Source: Squalus acanthias (Eukaryota). Taken from it: DNA of 64,000 nucleotides. Made by a program: the position numbers and the translations under genes. This document shows positions 1 through 12,953 of this stretch, in pieces. Where the stretch lies: positions 19,222,001 to 19,286,000 of the forward strand of contig CM059433.1 in NCBI GenBank assembly GCA_030390025.1, in the 5' to 3' direction. Numbering within the stretch: position 1 is the stretch's first letter; each line of letters starts with the position of its first letter. The notes below the pieces were generated by a model, which was not told where the DNA came from, did no database searches, and worked only from the letters and a program-made list of their open reading frames with translations.

Positions 1-1859
1 TGGCAAATTCAAATTTTAATAATTTGCCTGTAATTACTGTGTCTTTTAATGTGCAACAGGATGAAACATGTACCTGATTGTCTCCTTTTGGGACCCAGGC
101 ATCTCTCCACCCTAATAAATTATCTTATCTCCTCAGGAAGCCAATGTTTTTCGGCCACATAAATCTTCAATTGAGCTTCAAAACCCAGATCTTGCAAGGC
201 CTATTTCACATCATTGAACAGCTCATGTTTGTAAGCAGTTCAGCCAATGGACTCAAACGTTAAATATGCTTGTCAGCATAAAACCTAACCTCTTTGCCAG
301 GCTTCCTTCATAATCCATGCCTTTACTGGAAAACTTAGTATTTTCAGAATCAAGATGTTTCGCATCAGAGCACTTTGTTAATGGTCTGTGCATTGCAGTC
401 TGGAGACACAGAATCTTTAACGTGCAGTGCTTTACTGATGAGTTATTCCACAACTAAAACCAATTCCATGCTCATCTCTTCATCCTCAGGGATGTTCAGG
501 TCAATTCAATGACCCCCAACTGTTGAGGTTTTCAACAGGACACAGAATTGAATGCCTTTCTGTTTGAGTGAGATCAATCGCGCAGCTATACTTCCATCAG
601 CTGGTGTCTGTGGTCACGAGTTTTCTTCACTTCAGCCATTCTTTTTTTTCCAAATTGGGACATCAATTTGGTGATTATCATCCATAGATTCCCGAGAGGT
701 CAGATACAGAGAATTTCGGAATTACAGATCTCCTTCAGCAAGGGATCAGATAAAGAACTAAGAATCAAGGAGGAAACCTCCAAAAGTGTGAGGTCAACCC
801 CGTGGAGTGATCAAGGAGGTACAACTTCTGCAGCTGTAACGTTTTAGATTAGAATTCTTTTGTGTAGAGACCATGGGATGAGATTCCCTCCCACTCATTC
901 ATAGCAAATGGGCAGAAAATCTATATTCCTAAATGCACACTTCTCACATTAGTATCCTATAGGTTTATGGTGTAATAAAATTGCAATACAGGAGGAGGTT
1001 TAAAACAGAGGCCTCGGCTATGAAAAAACTAGTCTCCCTGTCTGTGTGTTTATTCACTTTCATATGCATGGAGTAAGAAACTAGTACGGTGGCATCAGGA
1101 CAGCATATTGGCATGCATCGCTTGTTGCCCGTTAGTGCATGGGGTGTACAGGACTCAGTTTGGTGATGGGCCAGCTACTTGTTTTTAACCATACTGATAC
1201 TGATTGTAGCTTTCACAGTCATAGAATTTGCAGTATCAAGAAGGGGCTCCCTATTAGACATATCACCATGTCTTCAAAATGCTAAAAGGGATAATTATGG
1301 ATACTAACAACTTAAATTTAGGTTGAAGGAGAAAATTGGCCTACATATTTAGCCAGCTTCAAGTAATAGCAAAAATTAAAAAGAATGTTTTCTCACAGAA
1401 GCAGCTATGAGCAATGATCAAACGTTAATGCTGCATTGGTTAACTCCACTAAAAAGCAGCTAGACGGGAGCAGCACATTGGAGAACCAATTTGTGATACC
1501 ATAATTGAAATGCAAATCCAATCCTCACTTCACTGAACTTCTGATCTTACCTGTGCTAGTGTAGAAATGCAATAAACAGTAGCCAGCCACTTCGCTGAGG
1601 GGTGGAGGTGAAATTGGATGCCAAGTGTCTACTGGGTCTCTCCTGTGTACCTGTTGATGCGTTTTATTTCCAAACCGTTACATCCATGGAATTTTGTTTT
1701 AGAATCAACTGCAATAGTGGGAAATTTTCATTTTTTTTTTTACACCAGACATCATGATATCTCCGAGGTAGAAGACAAATTAGGGTCAAAAACTGTGCTG
1801 TGGGCCAACATCCACAACAAACTGCGTAGAGACTGTCCAAACTCTTCTCACATATGACC

Positions 1860-1955
1860 TTTTACAGTCAGAGAGAGAATTCCATCCCATTTGTCTGGGC
1901 TGGATTTAAACCCTGAGTTCCAGAGGCGAAATGAGTATGCTAATCCACTGTATCA
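1860..1955 (-). mobile_element. Degenerate tRNA-derived SINE head (LF-SINE-like)
   Basis: Reverse complement reads cagtggattagcat...ggtttaaatccagcccagac with A/B-box-like segments; a similar head is at ~27370-27455. Confidence 0.45.
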
Positions 1956-2109
1956 GTGCTTTTCAAACATGTGTGTGTCCAGGATATCCTGCAAGTATTG
2001 ACACACTACTGGTCATCCCTGTCCTAACTTCTGAAAGACTGTCAGCTACCCAAAGGAAAACAGTGCTGTCGTTGCAGAAAATGTTTATAACTGAAATAAA
2101 ATGTTGGCG

Positions 2110-2240
2110 AATGAAGGAAGGAAGGCAAGAACGAAAGAGAAAGAAAGAGAGGAAGAAAGAGAGATGAAGAAAGAAAGAGAGATGAAGAAGAGAGAGAGAG
2201 CGCACAAGGGAGAGAGAAAGAACGAGAGAAAAAGAGAAAG
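2110..2240. repeat. GA-rich simple repeat abutting a SINE tail
   Basis: gaaggaag/gaaaga/gagaga arrays; explains the low-complexity ORFs here. Confidence 0.9.
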
Positions 2241-2637
2241 TTGCATTTATATAGTGCCTTTCACGGCCCCAGGATGTCCCAAAGCGCTTCACAGCTAATT
2301 TGCATGTAGCAAGGTCCCAGAAATAGCAATGAGTGAAATGAAGTAATAACCCGCTTTAGTGATATTGTTTGAGGGATAAATATTGCCACGACAGAAGGAG
2401 AACTCACCTGCTCTTCTTCGAAGTAGTGGCATCAGATCTTTTACGTCCACCTAAGAGGGAGGACGGGGGCTCAGTTTAACGTCTTATCCAAAAGACGGCA
2501 TCTTTGACAGCACAGCACTCCCTCAGTATTGCACTTAAGTAGCAGCGTAGATTATGTGCTCAAGTCAAGTCAAGTGGCTTGAGCACAACATCTTTTTACT
2601 CAGAGGCAAGAGTGCTGCCATGGAGTTAAGGCTGACA
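2236..2637 (-). mobile_element. SacSINE1/DeuSINE-like SINE
   Basis: ttgcatttatatagtgcctttcac...gagggataaatattg...ctcttcttcgaa...ggctgaca; aligns by eye with copies at 45614, 57846 and 59917. Confidence 0.82.
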
Positions 2638-3231
2638 ACTAAGTAAGTCAACAAATACAGGAAAAAGAAAGATTGCATAAGGAATTCTAGAGACACTTAC
2701 GGAACACTATGTCTGGCCCCAGATAGCCAGAAATATGACAACCTCCAGGATCCCCCGAGCGGACCCCTGGGCTCTGTGGATCCCAGCTTGAAAACATATG
2801 CGTCACATCATCCAGTCCTATACCCCATTACTCTAAACCAGCCATCATTCTGTAAATTACAGTTATAAAAAATAACATAGTTGGGTTGAATTTTACAGCT
2901 AAATTAGTTATTATTGCTGCGATATTGCTCCTTTTGCCAAATACTTTTGAGTGGCAATGTAGCAGAAGCAGACAGTGAGCACACTGAAGCCAACAGGTGT
3001 GATACTCCCTTCAGGAAGCTGTCTCACATTGCTTCCCAGATGGTCCCAGTTAAATCACCTGCAAACTTTTGAAATGCATTTATGGAATCTTTTTAATGTT
3101 GTGAAACCAAAGCTCTCTCCTAACATTAAAAATGAACTGCTGGAGGAGCAGCACTTTGCGCATGTATTCAGGCATACAAGTAAGGAGTTCTGTTGTCACC
3201 GAGTCAAACTGAGGTCAGTCTATAACATAAT

Positions 3232-3973
3232 GGCCCAGAAATTGATCTCGCTCTGTTCCCGCGGGGGTAAGGAGCAGACGCGATCTCTCACTCCGCGTTG
3301 GCTTTTTCAGATCCAGCTCGCACGAACTTGATGTTCCAGACATCAGCTGGGCAGTGCTTGCGTATCCCACCGGCGTAGTGAATTCGTGCGAGCTGTGGGA
3401 TCACGTGACTCAGTTAGAGCCAATGGCAGCACACCATCTTCCATTCATAAGTTTCACATACGTGCTGTGAAAGCTATGAATCTTACACCCCCCCAAAATA
3501 ACAGCTAAACCTCAATTAAATTAAAAAAAAAACCATCACATTAATAAAATAAGTATAGTTAAATAAATTAACCATTTTAAATAAAAAATTAAATTTTTGA
3601 AAAAATTTAAAATCTTTTAAAAAGTTATAAAAATAAACTTACCTGTCTTTAAAGTCTCTAAAAAAAGATATACCTGTTAAAAAAAATTCAAAAAAACTTA
3701 ATTCACTACTTACCTTGTTAAAAGTGGGTCTTACTCCTCCTTTTTCCATTTCTAAAATCTTCCGTACTTACCTGCGCGTCCAAAGCACTAAGTGCACAGC
3801 GCGCGCGCAGCCTGTAGCGCGCACGCGATGCACCGAGGAACCGCCCCCTTTTCCAAAGACCAAGTGCCGGTTTTCAGCGCATGCGCAGGACATGCAGAAA
3901 ACCTGCAATTGGAGAGAGAATACGCGAGAGTACGCAGTGCGTACTCTTGCGCAGCGGGATGAATTTTTGGCCC
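3232..3973. mobile_element. Non-autonomous PIF/Harbinger-type MITE, 742 bp
   Basis: Imperfect TIR GGCCCAGAAATTGATCTCGCT / AGCGGGATGAATTTTTGGCCC, AAT on both flanks, CpG-rich arms with AT-rich core. Confidence 0.8.
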
Positions 3974-6002
3974 AATAAGCGTCTGCTGACTCCCTATCGC
4001 AGGTGGTAAGGTTGCAGTCTCAGCTTGGTAGCTGCAGTAGAACGACAGGCTATATCACAAAGAATTTCTTCATTCAACAAGTCATAAATAGTTAGAATAA
4101 TGTGCCAGGTAGTAGAGACAAAAGTCATTGTTCACTGAACTGATAATACTTTTTACTGTACTCAACATAAAACAAAAGTAACCCATACAGGATTGGCCCA
4201 GTTTATCTTAGGAGCTTGATTCTGAGGTGATAGACAGATCACAATCAGGCAATCTTCAGCTCCATTCATTTTGCTGGAGATGCAGCATTTTTTGAGATCC
4301 TTTAGCAATGTTGTCAAACCATCAATGCTGTGTCGAGCACCACCGCTGGATCTGAAGCAGTGCAGGTTTCTGCAGGCAACTTGTTGGCATCAGTTTGCCT
4401 GTATAAAGTCAGTGTGCTACTCCCTTCACAAACCATTCTTGAATGCTTTGTTTATAACCACATCCACCTCCCCTTCTCCCCCTCAGGTATTATGGCTAAA
4501 TGATTGCAGCATTGACAAATGCGCTGTTTAATGTTAAATGACCGTGGAAAGCATCCATTCTTCGAAGAGCATGTTTTCATAGCAAGGCATCTGGCTTTTT
4601 ATCCCACTCAGTTTTTAATCCAGTCCTGCATTAAATCCCATCATTTACCCTTTTCCTGAAACTGTACACATGGGCTAAGTGCACTTCATCTTGGATAGTA
4701 TCTTTCATTTCAGTACACTAGCATGGGCTCGATGGGCTGAATGGCCTTCTTCCGTGCTGTAACCATTCTATGAACCCCCGATAACAAAATTGCTTACAAC
4801 AGAAAACCGTTACAAGGAAGTTATTGCCAGGCACAAACTTGTTTTGCCTATTGTTTTACTAGGAAAAAAGCCCTCAAAACAACATAAGTTGCAGTGAGCT
4901 ATCATCTATTAAAGGCCAAGTGATGTGATCCAAGAGCACTTTCATATCCATTTTAATGACTTTTTGCTGCTCTCGGATATTTTTTTGAGATCCCAGAAGT
5001 GTAGCCTATCCCTAAAGTACATCAGTTGGTGGCTGTACTAGCTCCTCAGGGCACTGGGATACAGTCCAGCATCACCAGGGTTAGAGGCAACAGAAAAGTG
5101 CTGCAAATAATGAATAATAAAGTAAACCCTATTTCACAAAAATTGCATATAAAGTAACGTCTCCTGCTATTACTCACACAATAACTGCAATGTGTTGTTT
5201 TCCCTGCCTATTGTTTGATGGAAAATAGTACAAGTTTCCTAACCCTGACACGTTGTCAACCCATCTTTAAGGATACCTTGGTGCCGTGCAGTTGGTTATG
5301 TTTTTGCCTGAATACTCTTGATAGTGACTGAGTAGACATTTTTTTTTTTTGCATTTCTTGCACAAACTGTTTCACGTCAAGCTGGGCAGACCCATCTTTA
5401 TTGTGAAGGCAAGGCAGCAAGCTGGTTTCATTTTATCCAATGATGCAGATTTTTCTCATGCAAACAAAATTCTCAAATAGCTGAATAATTGCCTTTCTTT
5501 TCTGTGTAGACTACAATTTACGGGTTGTGGCTTGCAGACTACTGCAGTAATTTCTCTTTATAACCATATTACTGTCAATATTTCCAGCTAATTTGCTGCA
5601 TAAACTAATCACATATAGATCGCATGTTAGCAATGACAAGTAGCTGTTACACTATGGTAACCGGAACAGTGAAGGTGTCAGATGTTGAGTCCTTGTTTAC
5701 AAGCAGCACTCCCACTCAGAGAAACTGGGCCTTTTACAGCTCAGGCTATGTGCCAGTATCCTGACTTGATGCCACCATACTGGGTGACTTACTTCAACCA
5801 ATTCTTTTGTTTCAAAAAAGAGAGGCTTCTATCCGTATCGGTAAGGTGCTTCACCCTCAAAAGTAAGCTCAATAATAAGCTTTCAAAGCAAGGGGGTGGC
5901 CATTCTAAAGCCTTGAGGCAGAGATATGAGCATGAAATCAAACTTGCTAAATTGCTAGCCAAATAATAAACCGATGCCAGCTACCATGAAACTGTTTAAG
6001 TT

Positions 6003-6215
6003 AAAATAAAATCAGAAAATGCTGGCAACACTCAGCAGGTTAGGCAGCATCTGTAGAGAGGGGAAGGTAGGGTTAACGCTTCAGGTTGTTAACTTTTTGC
6101 CAGATGAAGGGTCATTGACCTGAAACATCATCCTACCTTCCTTTCTGCACAGATGCTACCTGACCTGCCAAGTGTTTCCAGCATTTCCTGTTTTTTTCGT
6201 CAGATTTCCAGCGTT
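6003..6215. mobile_element. Penelope-like terminal repeat in inverted (palindromic) arrangement, degenerate
   Basis: aaaatgctggcaacactcagcaggttaggcagcatctgt / acagatgctacctgacctgccaagtgtttccagcattt; same family as the 3' end at 23640-23790. Confidence 0.8.
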
Positions 6216-7859
6216 TTGTTTCTTATTTCTTAGTATTATTAGCTGAATACAGCTCAACCTTCAAATCATATTGTGACCTTGCCGAAAACCTTGGTTCAGT
6301 TTGGGGCGGCTGGTGTGGGGTGGGGTGCGGAAATGCCTGATTAGCAGGCCCTCTCCCTAAGGGTTGTGGGGCACAGTTATCTTGCTCATTCATAAAGAGG
6401 GCACAACATTTGCTGTGGTCACAGTTGCCCCTTGCTGTAACCTGTTGCCGTGCAGCAAAACAGACAAATTTAAAAAAGAGAGAATCTTCCCAGCTGATTC
6501 ATTTCTAAGTAATGATTTCAGAATTCTGGACAAATCCTTGTCAGGAGATTGGAATCACTTTTTTCCTCAACTTACAGGCACAGTTAGATGGGTTTATTAA
6601 GGGTAGACAACATGAAATAGCTCCATAGTATATTAGAGTGTCTGACCTCCTTCCACCGCCCATGGAATACCTTAATGTATTATTAGATCCCAAGAACACC
6701 ATACATTTCTCAAAATTATATGCGACTTTAAAGCCATGGTAAGAACATTGCAAGCTAAAGATTCTCTTATGAAACGACAGTACTTTTATATCAATTCACA
6801 TAACATCCACTGCTTCCTTATTTAGTCTAGGTTTTCTAGTGGGGCTCACTCAATGACAATTATGATCAACACATGCACAGTCAACCCCTGCTGAGTAAAC
6901 TCATGTCTTAATTTTTTAATATGTGCATATATACACTACATACACGATGCTGAAATAAACCCAATTCTTCAATGTTCAAATGTGCATTACATGACTAATT
7001 AGTTTCATATTCACAAAAAGATTCCACTTACCAGGAACTGGGATGGAACAACTTTCACTCAAGGTGTACACAGATATGTTTTACACTAACATGGTGCACA
7101 ACCTTAAAATTATTTTCTGGCTAAACATTCCTCCCTTTCAGCAAAAGAATAAAAAGGCAGCTGCATTAACAGTTACTATATTTCAAAGTAATTTATTACA
7201 CATAATTTATATCTTTGAGATATTCCTGAGAGCCATGATATGGAGTTATATAAACTCCAGTTTTATTTTTATTTAAAAGATTTAGGTTTTCCAATGATTA
7301 CCATAGCTTGGTCTTCAAAAAGAAATTTTAAACAATGCATTTTTATTCATTATGACACTTCATACTATGTACTGAAGGTTATTACACCTTTGTCTGCTGA
7401 ATGTGGTTGGAAAAGCTCAGGATTTATATACAGACATTGGGGCTTAACTGAAGGTCTGGAACTGGGAAGCCAGACTTCGAAGAGCACGCAAAACACCACA
7501 GATTCCAATAAAAAAAATTCCAATCAGATTCTTAGGGGCTTTGCTGAGAAAAAACAGAACTGTTCCGAGGCTTCCTCATCTAAGCATCAAGATTAAAACA
7601 AATAAACTGTTTATCATAGCATTTAAGGTTCACAATTTACAAAAGCCTACATTTTCCTTTACTTGTTTTTATGCACTCACATTCTGCCAAGTGTGAATTA
7701 AATTATTTTCTATTAGGTGTATAGTTTTGAAGTCCATAGTAAATTCACCACTGGAGTGACCTTGTGTAAAATTTATACTCTTATAAGAGCACAAGAAAAT
7801 CCAGAGGGAGAAAACCCTATTCAGCCAATTAAAGGCTGTTCCATCCAGAGACTGTGTAC

Positions 7860-8101
7860 CATAGTTAGAAACATAGAAGATAGGAGCAGGAGTAGGCCAT
7901 TCAGCCCCTCGAGCCTGCTCCGCCATTTAATGAGATCATGGCTGATCATCCAGATTCAGTACCCTGTCCCTGCTTTCTCCCCATATCCCTTGATCCCTTT
8001 AGCCTTAAGAAATATATCTAACTCCTTCTTGAATATATTTAATGAATTGGCCTCAACTGCCTTCTGTGGTAGAGAATTCCACAGGTTCACCACTCTCTGG
8101 G
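7860..8101 (-). mobile_element. CR1 LINE 3' end fragment
   Basis: Near-identical to 52820-53058 (catagaagataggagcaggagtaggccatt...cactctctggg). Confidence 0.88.
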
Positions 8102-8638
8102 TTCTATCATGCCTTCCCTCCCACACCACCCATGATCCCTTACTTTAGGGAACACCAAGTTCCTTCTCCAGCTCACCTGATGAAGTCAAGCAGTGTCGTT
8201 CAATATCTCTATAACCTTCAATTCACCTGCTGTTTTTCAACAGCAGTGATTGATCCAGCACCTTAGTAAATGTGCCAACTGACTCCAAATTAACCATTTC
8301 CTCTGATCTTTTCCCACGTATCCACTATTCTGTTGTGAAAAAAAGTTTATTCTAATCTCTAACCTTCTTGAAGCTATGCATTTTTTTTACTTGATGCCCC
8401 TATTTTCACTAATAATGTTATACCAAGATGACACCTCAGTTGTGTCAGTTCCAGTACAAATCCCTTGAATTGTCAAAACTGTTTTAAAAATGGCCTTACC
8501 ACTTTGGACATAATCATGGCTACGCCAAACTTGTATCTCTTCAGATACAGGGTAAGACAGAACTGAATTATCGACATATTTAGAAGATAGATGACATAAG
8601 CAGCGTACATGCGCTTTAAACTGTCCTATTATTTAAGA

Positions 8639-9063
8639 AGTCGCACAACACCAGGTTATAGTCCAACAGATTTATTTAATTTTACAAGCTTTCGGAGCTG
8701 TCGCTCCTTCGTCAGGTAAGTTAGCAATGAGAGAATCTCCCAGAATTCACAATTTAAACCCAGACAAAATCTATTCACATTATTCGCTGCAACAAAGAGC
8801 ACAGCCAAGACAATGAGATGTGTCCCAGGGGGTCCAACGTGTCAAACCACCTGCTGGCTGCATATCCTGTCAATTTGTGTTCTTGTGTTAGCCTTTTTAA
8901 AAAAACAAAAAAACAAACAAAAAAAAAAAACACCTGGGAAGACCGGCCATGATGTCAAGTCACGTTCTGTATCGTGACATGAACCCGATATCGCGATTGA
9001 GGCCATCCTCATGAGTGCGGAACTTGGCTATCAGTTTCTGCTCTATGATTTTGCGCTGTCATG
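8639..9063 (-). mobile_element. 5'-truncated Penelope-like element with 11-bp TSD
   Basis: Minus strand encodes QRKIIEQKLIAKFRTHEDGLNRDIGFMSRYRT* (GIY-YIG C-terminal GLN motif); direct repeat attatttaaga at 8628-8638 and 9064-9074. Confidence 0.8.
8682..8719 (-). ncRNA. Minimal type I hammerhead ribozyme motif (Penelope-associated)
   Basis: Minus strand UUAC-CUGACGA-A-GGAGC-GACA-GCUCC-GAAA-GC-UU-GUAA. Confidence 0.72.
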
Positions 9064-9584
9064 ATTATTTAAGATAATAGCTTTATGTAGAAAAAAATGC
9101 TTATATTATAGCATATTGTATTTGAACTGTGTGTAAACCTCTTATAAATGCATTAAAAATCTTTGGAAACTCAGTTCTGCCAGTGTTAACTGCAGTAAAT
9201 GTTCTTGTTTTGATCGACTTCAATTGCTTTTCCATACTAATCTTCACGCATCTTATAATTAGTGAGGCTAACTGTCTTAGCAGTTGGTAGAATAGTGGGC
9301 TTCTAATCATTATACTGAATTCTGTGAAAAGACGAAGGGTTAATACCAGAATTCTGGGAAAGCCAAGTCCCACAACAAAGTGGAGATACAGAAAAACACC
9401 CACCACACAACCCGCAAATGGCTGATTGACACTGGAAACCACAAGCTGTTGAATAGTAGCCTGATTGTGTTGAGTTAGCCAATCTAAGCTAAGGCAGCAA
9501 TGGAGTGCTAACACTGCGATACCAAATTGGGGGGTGTAGTTAATACAAAAGAAGAATGCGACAAAATACAAGACAAAAGTAATA

Positions 9585-9845
9585 AACTTGCAGAATGGCA
9601 TCTAATTGGCAAATGAATTTCAATATAGGCAAGTGTGAGGTGGTGCATTTTGGTAGGAGGAATAAGGAGGCCATATATTGCTTGGATAATAAAAATCTAA
9701 ATAGGGTTGAGGAGAAAATGTTTCCATATGGGGGAGAACAAAACTAGAGGCCATAAATATGATAGTCACTAATAAATACAATAGGAATTCAGGAGCAACT
9801 TCTTTACCCAAAGAGTGGTAAGAATGTGGAACGCACTTCCATGTA
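9585..9845 (+). mobile_element. CR1 RT/3' fragment with internal deletion
   Basis: tggcaaatgaatttcaat...gtgtgaggtggtgcattttggtagg...ttctttacccaaagagtggtaagaatgtggaac. Confidence 0.75.
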
Positions 9846-9929
9846 ATGAAGTACCAAATAAGCGGAGACAGTTTTGTGCTGATTAACCAAAACAGACATA
9901 GCTAAGACAGGGACTTTCGTACCTATGAA

Positions 9930-10270
9930 GCTTTACTTCCCCTCCACCTCAGTTTCCTGAGCTGCATTCTGGATGATGGTCACCCATATCTCACCCAAGT
10001 GGCTAGTCTCAGTCTTGAAAGTGTCAGCAGATTATTTTAACTGCGGAGAGCATTGCAGTTGAGCATGATCTGCTCCCATCTAATGAAGAGATGTGCACTT
10101 TCCAGCAGCAGTCACTGGACAATAATCAGGGGCAAAGAAGCTGACTGATTTTGCTCCTCGTTAATCCAGGGATATGGAAGTCAATTGTTACACCTCATCT
10201 GTTGACCCTGCTGAAATCAGCTAATTCAGCAGGATTTTCTGGTCCGGATGATTAAGTACTACACAGAGCA
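9930..10270 (-). mobile_element. Old degenerate SINE (family shared with 22105, 40680, 48530, 61160)
   Basis: Shared core cactttccagcagcagtcactggacaataatcag and gctgaaatcagctaattcagc. Confidence 0.55.
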
Positions 10271-10912
10271 AGGCCTTGAATTACGTAGGAAGCCCTAGAC
10301 AGAAAATGTTCAATCTTAACTTCAGATTTACTGGAAGGTATCTGTGAACAAAAATGTAAATATCAGGCAGATATATGGGATTAAGAATGGAGAAGCAAAG
10401 CCAAGCCAGAATATACTGTTGCTGGGCTCCCATAGTGCATTTAATTAAACCAAACCATGATCCAAATTCCTGATTCTGCACTCCCTGCCAAGAGTCTGAC
10501 AGGTTTTAGCTGTTTAATACCTCATGCTATAGGGCATCAATTGCTACTTCCTGGTCACCTTCTATGTCCATACTTAGGACACTGCAGAGCACTAAGTTGT
10601 AAGAATTTACATTAGAGATCTAATTGCATCTCACAGTATTTATTCTCCAGGGTCATTGCTAGGTTCATTTGGCATATTGGTAGCAGTGGTTTTAGTTAAA
10701 TTTCACTTAAACCAATAATCTTTAATGTTGTGCAATGCACATTTTGTGCGATACTTCTAATTCACCACCTCAGATTCCACAAGAGTACTTCACCCTAGTT
10801 TTAGGGTGCATTTACAATGCAACTCCCAGTACGTATATAGTCTCTGTGGTTTAGGGTTCAGACAAGCAGCTTCTGTTTACATAGCTCAGTTCCTGCCTGG
10901 CTGAAACTTTAA

Positions 10913-11654
10913 GGGCTGGATTTTGAATGACCCATGGAGTCGGGTTTGGAGGCGTGTGGGGGGTTAAATTTGCGGGGTCGGGGTTTCCGACTCCATCCCT
11001 CCTCCACGCAATTTTGACAAAATCAGTCACGGGGTTCCCGACTCCGTCCCGCCTCCAAGAGGCGGGAGAGGCCATTAAAGCCCTTAACAAGCCCTAGATT
11101 GGCTCTGTAATGCCATTTTGAAACGTTGTAGCGAGTTTAACCCTTTTCTGACGTGAAGCACGCCTGGTGTGAAACACTCCAGTGAAACCTGGCGGGAGCA
11201 CAAATGAGTAGCTGACTATCGGCTGCAAGTCCACTATTACAACGGAGATGTGATGAAGGTAGTAGTAGTATTAGGTGTGAAAGTCGCCTCTGATACTGCT
11301 ACATTGAATGTCATGGCATTTGCTGTAAGAGGACTTGGATGCAAAAAATTCTCTCTCTCTCTCGCTCTCTCTCATTTGCATCCAGGTCCACTCACATCAG
11401 AAGCAATGCAGACAGGTCCTCTCTCACCAGTAGCCAGACAATCTCTGAGAGCAGGCAGTCAGCAATGATGACATCATCAGAGGCGACTTTCAGCCTGAAA
11501 CCACTAATTAGTTCATGGGCTCCCACATGCTGCAACTCAATTGCCCAATTAAGTGAAAATTGCATCAGGCATCCACATTAATCTGGAGTCGGGGGGGGGA
11601 ACACGAAATGCGGATTACACGACCCCAACCCGACCCCAAGACAAAATCCAGCCC
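10913..11654. mobile_element. PIF/Harbinger-type MITE, 742 bp
   Basis: Perfect 13-bp TIR GGGCTGGATTTTG / CAAAATCCAGCCC with TAA TSD on both sides. Confidence 0.88.
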
Positions 11655-12076
11655 TAACTGTCCTACCTAGGAGAGAGATCTGTGCGTGTGTGGATACATG
11701 CATACAATGAGATCTCTGCCAAAAATTAAATACTTAAATGTTTAACGCTCACCAAAGGCAAGTCCCCACTATGTGAATTCAAGTCAGATAAGTTCAAAAA
11801 GTGCCTGGTTGTCCAACAGACACCCTCGAAGCACTTTGTCAATCAGGTTTAACGCTGTACTGAATTTACACTCCATATAGTGTCAAAAGGAAGTAGTACA
11901 AACTGCCCTCTCGAGAGGGTCTTTGACAGTTTTCTCTGGGGTCAGGTAAGGCCCTAACGCCGGATTTACACTGCTTTGCACCAACATTAAACCTGTAGTA
12001 TAAATATACCCTTGCATAACTCAGAATCTCAGTTTATTCTCACACTTGGCCTTAATCCTTGCATTATACAGAGTAA

Positions 12077-12705
12077 GGGGGCTAAATTCGGTTGATTTGC
12101 GCCTCCCGTTAGCGCCCGGCGCAAATCAACTAGCGCCTGGTCGCAGCGCCGATAACGCCTCCCACGAAATTCAGCGCCGTGCGCAGTGCCCCGCTCGCGC
12201 CCCAGCTGTAACATTGGGTGGCGCTCCCCGACTTACCGCTGGACGCTATGTCCGCCGGGGTCAGGGGGGCCTACTTGCAGCCGGGGCGGCGCTAGTTAAA
12301 GGGGAGGTGGCGGGCAGCTATTTTTGTTGCTGGCCGCCTGCCAGCACCTGCCCCCGTTGCTGTCCCTGGCCCATGAAGCCCCCCCTGCGGGGTGCCAACT
12401 GCTCTCCGTGAGCCCGGCACTCGGAGTGCCGGGCTCGTTTGCCGGCACTCCCGATCCCTGGTGGCCCAGCTGGGCGCCGGGACGCACTGTGCCAGGCCCC
12501 TCCCCTTTAATAAGGGGAGGAAGTCCTGCAGTACCGCGGCACGTAGCGCTGCGATATTGGCTCGCAGCGCCCCAAGAGGGACACGGGCGCTTCCAGTAGC
12601 GCCCCTCCTCCCACTCGGGGCACTACCTGGGAAAATTGGCTGCGTTAACTTTTTCGGCACGGTAAAATTAGCGCTCCAAAGGGGGCGCTACCCAATTTTT
12701 ACCCC
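12077..12705. mobile_element. GC-rich PIF/Harbinger-type MITE, 629 bp
   Basis: taa|GGGGGCTAAATTCGGT...ACCCAATTTTTACCCC|taa; many GCGC/GGCGC motifs. Confidence 0.72.
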
Positions 12706-12953
12706 TAATAATTCCAAAGGGAAATGAATTTCAAAGGCATTGATATGTTGAAAAGGGAACAAAGAACAAAAACAAGGTTAATTCCAGGGCTAGGTTGTGA
12801 GGAAAATCAATGAGTGGAAATTGTTTTCACGGCAGAAAAGATTCAACTGAGATAGGCGAAATACAAGATGTCAACCTGAGAAAGATATTTCACGGAGCCT
12901 GTGAGAACAGAACTATAATGCAAATATATCCCTAAATGTAAGAATATGCATAC

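Noticed and set aside
110..470. Possible fossil coding sequence on the minus strand (KHELFNDVK*ALQDLGFEAQLKIY...)
   Set aside because: Multiple stops and no motif I can recognise; needs tBLASTx/HMM to be claimed
1963..2298. Overlapping ORFs with hydrophobic or charged runs
   Set aside because: Translation of the GA microsatellite
5600..5680. RFX X-box-like motif (gttacactatggtaac)
   Set aside because: Single imperfect short motif with no supporting context
9101..9601. 166-aa hydrophobic minus-strand ORF
   Set aside because: No recognisable domain or splice context; starts at a CR1 fragment edge; likely chance
12029..12727. CpG-island-like region with many ORFs, possible promoter
   Set aside because: Bounded by TIR-like ends and TAA TSDs, so explained as a MITE; ORFs reflect high GC
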